Position numbers and translations under genes: made by a program. A stretch of 64,000 bases of DNA, taken from positions 248,001 through 312,000 of the forward strand of contig JAPDFW010000058.1 of NCBI GenBank assembly GCA_028826165.1, written 5' to 3'. A model generated the notes under the pieces. That model was given only the letters and a program-made list of their open reading frames with translations. It was not told where the DNA came from and did not search any database. The DNA comes from Anaeramoeba ignava BMAN (taxonomy: Eukaryota; Protista; Anaeramoebae). Positions 24,970 to 37,263 of this stretch are shown piece by piece. How positions within the stretch are numbered: position 1 is the stretch's first letter; the number at the start of each line of letters is the position of its first letter.

Positions 24970-27460
24970 TTAATAGCGAATAAAATCAAAAGATCCAAAA
25001 TGATAAATTTTTGAAGAAGGTAATCGAAAAAGAATTAAAAAATTTTCAATCCACTTTTTTTTCCTTAAAATTCCATCTTTGTCAAATATCTCATCAAGAG
25101 AACAAAAACCAATTCCAAAACCACAACCTCTTGACATAGAAAACCTTCCAGAAGTAATAAACCCAATTAACTTACGAAAAGGTTCTTGTGATTTTTGTGA
25201 TTTTTGAATTAAACATTGTTTGTTTTCTTTGAATTTCTTTAAATCTTCTTCTTCAGGAATATAAATCATTGCATTTCTTTCTGGAAGACCTCTATTAGAA
25301 GCAAGAACTTGAATGCCAACAAGTCCGTTTCCTTTAAATGATAAAAGGTCTTGATTTTGAGGGAATTTCAATGTGATTTGATGAGCTGGTAAACGAGAAA
25401 AAATTCTATAAACAAAAACGGAATTTTCTTCATTTTTTTCTTTTTGGAAAATCAAGTTCCAATTTGGATGAAAAGGAGACAATGAATTGAGTTTTTTGAA
25501 ATTTGTTCTTTTGGAAATGGGAGTGCGGTTGTGCTTGTTTTCTTTTTGGGTATCTTCAATATAACTTCTTGATTGAGTAAATAATATTGAATCAGGAAAA
25601 TCATCAGGAAAAAAACAGGATCCTTGTTCGGTTTTTATATTGTGAGCATCTCTCATTCCAAGAGCCATTGCCCCACAGAAAACTAATGCTCTCCAGAAGG
25701 CTACTCCCCAAGTTTTTGGGACAATGATGTCAAATCCTGATCCATAACCTGATGATACTTGAGTCGTTTTTTGGATAATCAGAATATGTGGATTGATTTG
25801 ATCTTTTATTGAATGTGTTGCAAATGGAAATAATAATTGACTTTTTTGCTCAGAAATTTTTTGTTCTGTAAGTTTTTTGATCATTTTTTCTCGTTCTTTT
25901 TCTTCCCATAAAGGTGATTGAGCAAGGTAAGAAGGCCATTTTTTTTGGATTTGATGAAATATTTTTTGATTTAATGGAAATGTTTGATTTCGTTTTTTTT
26001 TGGCTTCTTTTATAGAAATGAGTCTTGGATCTAGAACAGTTAAGCCTAGAATAAATGAGCTTGGCAATGAAGCTTGAGTTTGTATTCCTTTTAAAGCTTC
26101 CCAAATGATTTCTTGTGAAAATTTTTTATTTTCATTTTTATTTTCATTTTTTAATTGATTTTTTAATTGATTTTCATTTTCATTTTCATTTTCATTTTCA
26201 TTTTCATTTTCTTGATAATTCTGTTTAATTGGTTTTAAAATTGTTAATAAATATGATAATGATCTTGGTCCTGTTAAATTAAAGCGTAAAAGTTCATTTT
26301 GAAGATTTTTAATTGATATTTCAGGAAATTCTTTTTTTATCAATTCTTGAAACATTTGAAATACTTTTTCAGAAATACCACCATGAATCCAAATCCAAAG
26401 ATGACGGATTTTATTTTGATTTTCTAATTGATTTTCTAATTGATTTTGATTTTCATTTTGATTTTGATTTTCATTTTGATTTATATTTTGATTTTCTAAT
26501 TGATTTTGATTTATATTTTGATTTATATTTTGATTTATATTTTGATTTATATTTTGATTTTCTAATTCATTTTGATTTTCATTTTGATTTTCATTTTGAT
26601 TTTCATTTTGATTTTCATTTTGATTTTCTAATTCATTTTGATTTTCAATTTCATTTTCTAATTGATTTTCATTTTGATTTTGATTTTCAATTTCCATTCC
26701 AATATTTTCTTCTTCAAATTTCCACATAAAAGAACAAGAACACAAAAAACCAGAAGGAAAACTATCAGGATAATAAATCAAACAAAAACCTTCTCTTCCA
26801 CCTGAAAGATACATCATATTAGCAACAGAAGAAGTAAAAGGGGGAGTAATTTTAGAAAACAAATGAAAAATTTGATTTTGATTTCCAATTAATTCAAAAC
26901 AAGTGTAAAAAGATTTATCAAAAATTGTGCATGAATAAGAAGAGAATTTATGACTTGCTCTCAAAACTTTTTCTGTAGGATTCATAGCTAAGCGAAATCC
27001 AAACAAGTCCTGCATTTTCATTCTTTTTGAATGCCAAATATGAGTTTCTAACCATTTTTTATTTTTTTGTCGATTTGTATATTCTTCTATTAATTGACTT
27101 GGTTTTCGTCGTTGTTTTCGATTTCTTGGCTTGGGTTTCTTTGGTGGTTGCTTTTCAAACTTTATTGTCACATAATGTTTTCACAGATTTATTGTTTAAA
27201 ATCCTCAATTTTATATTTTATTCTTTTTATTTTTTTTTCATTTCAAAAAAAATTACCTCTTTTTGTGCTTTTTGTCTTAATCGTCTTGGTATTTTGTAGA
27301 TATTATGACTCATTGTCCTGCGGCGTAAATGCTTAGGAAGAGTTTGCCAAGATAATTTTGTTGTGTGTTTTTTATTAATTTCGTTTTTCAGTTGTGTAAT
27401 TGTTTGGGAACTCAATTTAACATATTCAACCACATCAATTTGTGTTTCTTGTTTTTGCAT
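24970..27460 (-). CDS. POP1: POP1, RNase P/MRP protein subunit; exon 1 27460-27257, short intron, junction into the main exon unresolved
   Basis: WQTLPKHLRRRTMSHN, WLETHIWHSKRMKM, FDKSFY, LWIWIH, GFDIIVPKTWGVAFWRAL, FFPDDFPDS and LIGFITSGRFSMSRGCGFGIG. Contains EN/QN coding microsatellites. Confidence 0.95.
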
Positions 27461-27504
27461 TGGAATAAAAAAATGGAAATTTATTTTTCTAAATTTTCAA
27501 AAAT

Positions 27505-28615
27505 GAATTAATTTAGAAATATAATTTTATGTTTAATTTTATTATTAAAATAATAATTTATTGTTTTAGATTTTAAATATTTTATTATTTAAATATTTAA
27601 CATATAAATATAAAAATAAGAATAGGTTTAATTTAATATTTAATTTATAAATTAATTTAAAAATATAATTTAATATTTAATTTTATTATTAAAATAATAA
27701 TTTATTGTTTTAGATTTTAAATATTTTATTATTTAAATATTTAACATATAAATATACAAAATAAGAATTGATTTAATTTAATATTTAATTTGGAAATTAA
27801 TTTAAAAATATAATTTAATATTTAATTTTATTATTAAAATAATAATTTATTGTTTTAAATTTAAATATTTTATTATTTAAATATTTAACATATAAATATA
27901 CAAAAATAAGAATAGATTTAATTTATAATTTAATTTATAAATTTAATTTAAAAATATAATTTTATATTTAATTTTATTATTAAAATAATAATTTATTGTT
28001 TTAGATTTAAATATTTTATTATTTAAATATTTAAGCATATAAAATATAAAAATAAAAATAGATTTAATTTAATATTTAATTTTTTATAAATTAATTTAAA
28101 AATATAATTTTATGTTTAATTTTATTATTAAAATAATAATTTATTGTTTTAAATTTAAATATTTTTTATTTAAATTTAAATATATAAACATATAAATATA
28201 CAAAAAATAATAATAGATTTAATTTAATATTTGATTTATAAATTAATTTAAAAATATAATTTTAATATTTTAATTTTATTATTAAAAATATTAATTTATT
28301 GTTTTAGATTTAAATATTTTATTATTTCAATATTAAACATATAAATATAAAAATAAGAATAGATTTAATTTAATATTTAATTTATAAATTAATTTAAAAA
28401 TATAATTTAATATTTAATTTTATGTTAAAAATAATAATTTATTGTTTTAGATTTAAATATTTTATTATTTAAATATTAAACATATAAATATAAAAAATAA
28501 GAATAGATTTAATTTAATATTTAATTTATAAATTAATTTAAAAATATAATTTTATATTTAATTTTATTATTAAAATATTAATTTATTGTTTTAAATTTAA
28601 ATATTTTATTATTTA
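27505..28615. repeat. Intergenic satellite, 144-bp unit, ~7.5 copies
   Basis: The marker catataaata occurs at 27601, 27745, 27889 and onward. Confidence 0.92.
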
Positions 28616-29000
28616 AAAATATTTTGAAAATTGATTTTTGAAATTAAAATTTTATCTTTTTGAATTAAATTGAATTAATATTAATTTGGAAATTTGTTTT
28701 AAAATTTAAATTTTATTAATAATTTTTAAATTCCAAAAAAAAAAATTAAATTAAAAATTAAATTAAAATAATTTTCCTTTTTTTTTAATAAAAATTAATA
28801 AAAAAATAATAATAATTTATTAATAAATTAATTTAAAATAATAAATTAAAAAGAAAATTAAATTAATTATTAATTTAAATTTATTCTTATTTTTATATTT
28901 TTATTTATTTTCAAAATCCACTTTTTATTTATTTTTTTTAAATTTTTCATTTTTCCTTTTTAAAACAAAAACAAAAACAAAAACACAAAAAAAACAAAAA

Positions 29001-30693
29001 ATGAATAATAAAAACAACACAAAATGAAAATGCAAATCAAAATCAAAATCAAAATGAAATGAAAAATTTAGAAAAAAAAGTAACAAAAAATTTAATTAAA
29101 GATTATTCAAACCTTTTAAATGGAAATTCATTTAAAGATTTTTCAATTTTTGTTGAGAATAAATCAAATCCTTTTGAAATTAAAGTTCATAAATCAATTT
29201 TATCTTCAAGATCTCCTTTTTTTAATGAATCATTAAGGCAAGAATCTCTTTCTATTTCTTTAAATCAATTTAATAAAAAAGAAATGGAATCAATTTTAAG
29301 TTATATTTATTATGGAAATATTTCTTTTGAGAATCAAGAAAATCTTATTCAATTATTAGAAATTTCAATTTATTTTAAATTAAATTTATTGAAAGAAATT
29401 ATTCAAAAAAAATTTTAAATTCAATTAATTATTCAAATTTTTCCAATTTTTATTCCAAAATCGAAATTTAAATTCAAATGAAATTGAAATAAAATGTTTT
29501 GAATTAATAAATCAAAATTTTCCCAAATTCAGAATAATGAAAATTTATTCAATTTAACTAAAGAAGAAATTATCAAATTTATTCAATTTAAACAAGAAAA
29601 AGAAATTTTTCAATTTGATTTTTCAATTTTTAAATAATTGGATTGAAAAAAGAAATAAAAAGATTAAAAGGAAAGAAAGAAAAAGAAAGAAAAGAAAAGA
29701 AAAAGAAAAGGGAATTGAAAAGAAAAGATTATTTCATTCTTTTTTTTCATTATTTGATAAAAATTCAATTTCAAAACAAGATTTTGATAAATTAAAACAA
29801 TTTGATTTTTTTCCTAAATCTTTTTTAGTTGATATTCAAAACAAAGTTATTCAAGATAATCAAAAAGAAGTTGAAGAGAAAGATAAGGAAAATCAACAAA
29901 TGAAAATTGAAATTGAAGAATCAAAGAGAAATGGAAGAAAGAAATTGAAGAGAAAGATAAGGAAAATCAACAAATGAAAAATGAAAATGAAATTGAAGAT
30001 AAAAACAAAGAAATTGAAGAGAAATGGAAGAAAGAAGTTGAAAACAAAGAGAAAGAAAATCAACAAATGAAAATTGAAATTGAAGAGAAATGGAAGAAAG
30101 AAGTTGAGGATTTGAAATCCAAATTTGAATTAATGGAATTACAAAAGATTTTTTCAGATTCAGAAATTATTAAAGATATTGAATATGTTAAGAAATTACA
30201 AGAATGGATAAATGATAATGATTTTTTTTCTAAAATGAAAAAAGGATTTTCAGCAAAAAGAGATGGATTTTCTGGTCAAAATTGGCATAAAGCAGTTGAT
30301 GGGAAAGGAAAAACATTAGTTATTATCAAAACAAAACAAAATTTTATTTTTGGAGGTTTTACTCAAGTTGGATTTAATGGAAATACAGGAAACATTAATG
30401 ATTCAAGTGCATTTATTTTTTCATTAAGAAATGATAAAGGGGATAGAATACCTGCAAAGTTTACTTATAATGGCAAAAATCGTGCAATTAATTCTAATTT
30501 AAATTATGGTCCATGGTTTGGTGATGGATGTGATTTTGGAATAAATTCTGATTTAAAAACAGGTTGGTCATATTTTGGTAAAAGTTATAATCTACCTAAT
30601 GGAATTACTTATGGAACAAATGAAGCTAATAGTTATTTAGCTGGTTCTTATTCTTCATGGGTTGTTGATGAACTTGAATCTTATTTCATTTAA
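29001..30693 (+). CDS. Intronless BTB/POZ - BACK-like - repeated coiled coil - TLDc protein; several homopolymer frameshifts
   Basis: BTB: FKDFSIFV...IKVHKSILSSRSPFF...ILSYIYYG. TLDc: GFSAKRDGF...WHKAVDGKGKTLVIIKT...IFGGFT...AFIFSL...YGPWFG...VDELESY. Single-base changes in A/T runs rejoin the ORFs. Confidence 0.85.
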
Positions 30694-31159
30694 AAATTAA
30701 TTAATAATAAGAAAATCAAACTTTTTTTTTTTGATTTTTTTTTTCAAAATTTAATTCAATTTTAATTTACTTTTAATCAAATTAATTTCTTTAAAATAAT
30801 AAATAAGAAACAAATTTAATTTTAAATAATTTAATTTTAATTTAAAATATTTATTAAAAATTTAATTAATAAAAAATAATCCAAAAAAAAAATAATAAAT
30901 TTTAAAAAATTGAATATTTTTAATATAATAAATAAAAATAAAAATTGAAAATAGAAATTAATAATAATTAAATTTAAATTCATTAATTAAAATATTAAAA
31001 TAAAAATCAAATAAAATTTATTATTAATTAATATTTAAATATTAATAAATTATAATCAAAATCAAAAATAGAATAATTAGTAAATTATTTTTAGAAAGTT
31101 TATCTTATTCAATCATGTTAAATTCAATTTATTTAAAATTTTTAATTTTTAATTTTATT

Positions 31160-31945
31160 TTTAATATATTTTATTATAATTAAAATTGAATAATAAATAA
31201 TCAAAAATATTAATATAATAAATAAAAATATTATATCAAATTAAAATAAAATAAATTTAAATTAAATTATTATTAATTATTATTAAAATTAAATATTTAT
31301 CTTTATTAAAATATTTATTCCACTTTTTAATATATTTTATTATAATTAAAATTGGAATAATAAATAATTAAAAATATTAATATAATAAATAAAAATATTA
31401 TGTCAATTTAAAATAAAATAAATTTAAATTAAATTATTATTAATTATTATTAAAATTAAATATATATCTTTATTAAAATATTTCAATTTTCTTCTTAAAT
31501 ATTTTATTATAATTAAAATTGAAATAATAAATTTAAAAATATTAATATAATAAAGAAAAATATTATAAAAATTAAAAAAAAATAAAATTAATTTTAAATT
31601 TAATTATTTTAATTATTCTTTTAAATATTTTTGAAATAAATTAATTTAAAATTTTTTATTAAATTTTTATTAAATTATTGAGAATAATTTTATATTATTT
31701 TAAATAAATAAATATTAATAAAATATATAAAAAATATAATTAATTTTAAATTTAATTATTTAATATTCTTTATTCCATTTTTGAAATAAATTAATGAAAA
31801 GATTTTATTTATTTTATTAAATTATTGAGAATAATTTTATATTAATTTAAATAAAGAAATATTAATAAAATATATAAAATATAATTAATTTTAAATTTAA
31901 TTATTTAATATTCTTTATTCCATTTTTGAAATAAATTAATTAAAA
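31160..31945. repeat. Imperfect direct repeats (~166-bp unit, then ~145-bp unit), 2-3 copies each
   Basis: taatatattttattataattaaaattg at ~31162, ~31328 and ~31497; ttattccatttttgaaataaattaat at ~31770 and ~31915. Confidence 0.75.
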
Positions 31946-32262
31946 AGATTTTATAATTGAAAGAAAAGAAAAAGAATATAAATTTCTTAAATTAATATTA
32001 ATAATGAGAAGTGAATTATATCGAGGAATGTTTTTATCTGTAAAAAATGATACTCCTAATAAGTGAATTAAGTAATAAATCATTTCAAATATTTGAATAT
32101 TGGATTTATTCAAATCAAATTAAAGATGAAATTGAAATTACACAAGAAATTATTGATGAATTTAAAACAGGAATTGATTATTTTCAATTAAATCAAACAA
32201 ATCCAAATTTATTTGATTTATTAATTAATAAATTTAATAATCAAAATCAAAATCAAAATTAA
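31943..32262 (+). pseudogene. 5'-truncated relic of an RCC1-BTB-BTB family gene (last BTB only) with an internal ~14-nt deletion
   Basis: Reads KDFIIERKEKEYKFLKLILIMRSELYRGMFLSV, then SELSNKSF...INKFNNQN. The latter 62 aa are 56/62 identical to the C-terminus of 62150-63943. There is no start codon or upstream domain. Confidence 0.88.
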
Positions 32263-32414
32263 AATCAAAATCAAAATTAAAAATCAAAATCAAAATCAAA
32301 ATCAAAATCAAAATTAAAATCAAAATCAAAATCAAAATCAAAATCAAAATCTAAAATCAAAATCAAATTTCCAAATATTTTTTTCATTTTTTTCATTTCA
32401 TTTTTTTATTTAAA

Positions 32415-33890
32415 ATGGAAACTTATTCAAATTTAGAAAAACTTTCAAATGATTTAAAAAATTTATTTCAAAATCAAAATCAAAAATGAAAAAGAAGAAG
32501 AAAGTTATTTTGATTTTGAAATAATTTGTGAACAAAATCAAATTTCATTTAAAACTCATAAATCAATTCTTTCTTCAAGAAGTCAATATTTTAAATCTCT
32601 TTTTAAATCCAAAATGAAAGAATATCAAGAAAATAAATTAATTCTTCAAGATGTTTCAAGTTCAATTCTATCTCCAATTTTGAATTATCTTTATTCTGGA
32701 AAAATTGAAATTAATTCAGAAAATGCAATAGAAATTTTAATTTTTTCATCAAAATATTTAATTGATGAATTAATTGGAATTACTTCAAATTTTATCAAAA
32801 AGAATTTACAAATTTGAAACTGTTGTTGATGTTCTTAAATTATCTGAATCAATGAATTTAAATCAATTATTAGATTCTTCTTATCAATTTATTTTTCAAA
32901 ATTTTGAAGAATTTATCAAAACTTCATTTTTTCTTGAACTTGAAGAAAATCATTTAAATTCAATATTATCAAATGATATTATTCCAATAAATGAATTTGA
33001 AATTTTCCAATCAATAATAAAATGGGGAAAATATAAATCAAATATTAATCAAGAAAAGGAACTGGATAAAAAAGAAAAAGAAAACTTACAAAATCAAATT
33101 TCCAATGTTATTGATAAAATCAGATTTATTGATTTTTCAAGACAAGAACTTGAAGATATTTTGAAAGAAGATATAATTCCAAATCAATTTTCAGAAAAAT
33201 TAATTTGAATTCCAAAAACTCCAAAATAAAAAAGAAAAAGAATTAACAGAATTTATTGGAAAAGAAAATTCATTAATTTTCAAATCAAGATTTAGATTTA
33301 ATTCAGAAATTATTCAAGAAAAAGAATATATTCAGAAATTAAAAGAATGGATAAATGATGATGAATTCTATTTCAAAATGAAAAAAGGATTTTCAGCCAA
33401 AAAAGATGGATTTGATTGTAAAATCTGGCATGATAAATGTGACAATAAAGGAAAAACATTAGTTATTATCAAAACAAAAGATAATTTTATTTTTGGAGGA
33501 TTTACTGAAGTTGGATTTACAACTGATCAATCAAAATGGAGTACAAAATGGCGAGATCCAGATAGAGGAATGATTACTGATCCAAATTCATTCATTTTTT
33601 CATTAAGAAATGATAAGAATGATAGAAAACCAGAGAAATTTACAATTAGAAAAGGAGAACAAAGCAATGCCATTTTTTATTATTATTCATCTTATGGTCC
33701 AAGTTTTGGATTTATTGATTCTCCTGGTGATTTTCGATTATATAATGATTTACAACTTGGTTATTCGAATTTTGGGAGGAGCTACAATCTTCCTAATGGA
33801 ATTAAGCAAAGAACAAATGAAGCTAAAAGTTATTTAGCTGGTTCTTATAAATCATCGAAAGTTGATGAAGTTGAGACTTATTTCCTTTAA
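32415..33890 (+). CDS. Intronless BTB-BACK-TLDc protein; homopolymer frameshifts near 32485, 32812 and 33205
   Basis: BTB: METYSNLEKLSNDLK, FDFEIICE...FKTHKSILSSRSQYFKSLF..MKEY...ILNYLYSGKI. BACK: FLELEENHL...EFEIFQSIIKW...IRFIDF. The TLDc domain resembles the upstream paralogue. Confidence 0.87.
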
Positions 33891-33894
33891 AAAC

Positions 33895-34385
33895 AAATCA
33901 AAATCAAAATCAAAATCAAAATCAAAATCAAAATCAAAATCAAAATCAAAATCAAAATCAAAATTAAAATCAAAATAAAAATCAAAATTAAAATTAAAAT
34001 TAAAATTAAAATCAAAATCATTAAATGAAAATTAAAATCAAAATTAAAATCAAAATGAAAATCAAAATCAAAATCAAATTCAAAATCAAAATAAAAATCA
34101 AAATTAAAATTAAAATTAAAATTAAAATCAAAATCATTAAATGAAAAATAAAATCAAAATCAAAATCAAAATCAAAATCAAAATCAAAATAAAAATCAAA
34201 AATAAAAATCAAAAACAAAATTAAAATCAAAATCAAAATAAAAATGAAAATCAAAATAAAAATAAAAATCAAAATCAAAATCAAAATCAAAATCAAAAAT
34301 TAAAATCAAAATCAAAATGAAAATCAAAATCAAAATTAAAATTAAAATCAAAATCAAAATAAAAATAAAAATCAAAATCAAAAAC
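33895..34385. repeat. (AAAATC/AAAATT)n microsatellite tail after the TLDc gene
   Basis: Directly visible. A shorter copy follows the relic at 32240-32366. Confidence 0.95.
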
Positions 34386-34389
34386 AAGA

Positions 34390-36010
34390 TTAAATTTTTT
34401 CAATTAATCAAATTTAGATAAAAAAGATAAAAAATCTCAAAAATTCTTAATTAATCAAATTAAGAAACAATAATAAATATGAAACAAATCAAATTTTTTC
34501 AATTCATCAAGGAAAAAAAAAGAAATTAAGATAATTTTAATTAATCAAATTAAGATAAAAAAGATAAAAAATCTCAAAAATTCTTAATTAACCAAATTAA
34601 GAAACAATAAATATGAAACAAATCAAATTTTTTCAATTCATCAAGGAAAAAAAAAGAAATTAAGATAATCTTAATTAATCAAATTAAGATAAAAAAGATA
34701 GAAAACCTCAAAAATTTTCAATTAATCAAATTAAGATAAAAAAGATAAAAAAATCCTCAAAAATTCTTAATTAATCAAATTAAGAAACAATAATAAATAT
34801 GAAACAAATCAAATTTTTTCAATTCATCAAGGAAAAAAAAAGAAATTAAGATAATCTTAATTAATCAAATTAAGATAAAAAAGATAGAAAATCTCAAAAA
34901 TTCTTAATTAATTAAATTAAGAAACAATAGGAAGCAAGATCAAATTTTTTCAATTCATCAAGGAAAAAAAAAGAAATTAAGATAATTTCAATTAATCAAA
35001 TTAAGATAAAAAAGATAGAAAATCTCAAAAATTCTTAATTAATTAAATTAAGATAAAAAAGATAAAAAATCCCTAAAAGATCTACAATTAATCAAATTAA
35101 GAAACAATAATAAATATGAAACAAATCAAATTTTTTCAATTCATCAAGGAAAAAAAAAGAAATTAAGATAATCTTAATTAATCAAATTAAGATAAAAAAG
35201 ATAGAAAATCTCAAAAATTTTCAATTAATCAAATTAAGATAAACAATAAAAAGAAGAAAATCAAATTTTTCAATTCATCAAGGAAAAAAAGAAATTAAGA
35301 TAATTAATCAAATTAAGATAAAAAGATAGAAAATCAAAATTTTTCAATTAATCAAATTAAGATAGAAAAAAGATAAAAATAAAAATCTCAATTAATCAAA
35401 TTAAGATAAAAAAATAGAAATTCATCCAAAAATTTTCAATTAATCAAATTAAGATAAAAATATAAAAATAAAAATCTCAAAAATTCTTAATTAACCAAAT
35501 TAAGAAACAATAGGAAACAAGATCAAATTTTTTCAATTCATCAAGGAAAAAAAAGAAATTAAGATAATCTCAATTAATCAAATTAAGATAAAAAAGATAG
35601 AAAACCTCAAAAATTTTCAATTAATCAAATTAAGATAAAAAATAAAAATAACAATCCCTAAAAGATCTACAATTAATCAAATTAAGAAACAATAATAAAT
35701 ATGAAACAAATCAAATTTTTTCAATTCATCAAGGAAAAAAAAAAAGAAATTAAGATAATCTCAATTAATCAAATTAAGATAAAAAAGATAGAAAACCTCA
35801 AAAATTTTCAATTAATCAAATTAAGATAAAAAAGATAGAAAATCTCAAAAATTCTTAATTAACCAAATTAAGAAATAATAAATATGAAACAAATCAAATT
35901 TTTTCAATTCATCAAGGAAAAAAAAGAAATTAAGATAATCTCAATTAATCAAATTAAGATAAAAAAGATAGAAAACCTCAAAAATTTTCAATTTTCAAAT
36001 TAAGATAAAA
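34390..36010. repeat. Composite satellite with higher-order structure
   Basis: The marker ttcatcaagg occurs at 34503, 34637, 34823, 34954, 35140, 35274, 35537, 35725 and 35908, separated by variable numbers of aattaatcaaattaaga subunits. Confidence 0.9.
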
Positions 36011-36229
36011 ATAAGAATAAAAAGATAAAAATCTCAAGTTTCTTCTTTCCAAAAACCTAATAAGAACGATTTAAAGTTTATTTTTCAAATTCATTTTAGT
36101 TTTAATTTCAAAAAGAAAAAAGGTTAAAAAGCAAATTAAGATAAAAAGAAAATTGAAAAAATTATCAATTAATAAAATTAAGCCAAAAATAAAAATGAAA
36201 AATTTTTCTTTTTGTTCTTCTTTTTAATT

Positions 36230-37145
36230 AAAAATTAATTAAATATTTTTATTAATTAAATATCAATTTTTGAATTTAAAATTTAAGTTTTAATAATATT
36301 ATTTATATTTTCAAATTATTTTTTAAATTTTTCAAATTTATTAATTACTTATTCCATTTTTGATAAAAATTAATTAAATATTTTTATTAATTGAATTTTT
36401 GAATTTAAAATTTAAGTTTTAATAATATTAGTTTATATTTTCAAATTATTTTAAATTAAATTTATGATAAAATATTAATTACTTATTCCATTTTTGATAA
36501 AAATTAATTAAATAAAATTAAAAAGGTTTTTATTTTTCAAATTATTTTAAATTAAATTTAAAAATAAATTTTTAAAAATTAATTAAATATTTTTATTAAT
36601 TAAATACTCAATTTTTAATTTAAAATTTAAGTTTTAATAATATTATTTATATTTTCAAATTATTTTAAATTAAATTAATGATAAATATTTATTAATTACT
36701 TATTCCATTTTTGATAAAAATTAATTAAATATTTTTATTAATTAAATATCAATTTTTAATTTAAAATTTAGGTTTTAATAATATTATTTATATTTTCAAA
36801 TTATTTTAAATTAAATTAATGATAAATATTTATTAATTACTTATTCCATTTTTGATAAAAATTAATTAAATATTTTTATTAATTAAATATCAATTTTTGA
36901 ATTTAAAATTTAGGTTTTAATAATATTATTTATATTTTCAAATTATTTTAAATTAAATTTATGATAAATATTTATTAATTATTTATTCCATTTTTGATAA
37001 AAAATTAATTAAATATTTTTATTAATTAAATATCAATTTTATTTGAATTTAAAATTTAAGTTTTAATAATATTATTTATATTTCCAAATTATTTTAAATT
37101 AAATTAATGATAAATATTTATTAATTACTTATTCCATTTTTGATA
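36230..37145. repeat. Intergenic satellite, ~141-bp unit, ~6 copies
   Basis: ttattccatttttgata at ~36349, 36483, 36700, 36841, 36983 and 37129. Confidence 0.9.
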
Positions 37146-37263
37146 AAAAACAAAACACGTTTTCAAAAATTTTTTTCATTTTTCATTTTTCATTTTTCAT
37201 TTTTTCATTTTTTAATCAAAATTTTATAAATAAAAAAATAAAATAAATTATATAAAAAAAGTC

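Noticed and set aside
29400-33210. Programmed ribosomal frameshifting or a variant genetic code to explain broken ORFs
   Set aside because: Shifts go in both directions with no common slippery-stop motif; TAA, TGA and TAG all end intact genes; conserved genes need no recoding.
34390-36010. Constant motif with variable spacing, superficially CRISPR-like
   Set aside because: The intervening sequences are themselves repeats, not unique spacers; the context is eukaryotic and there are no cas genes.
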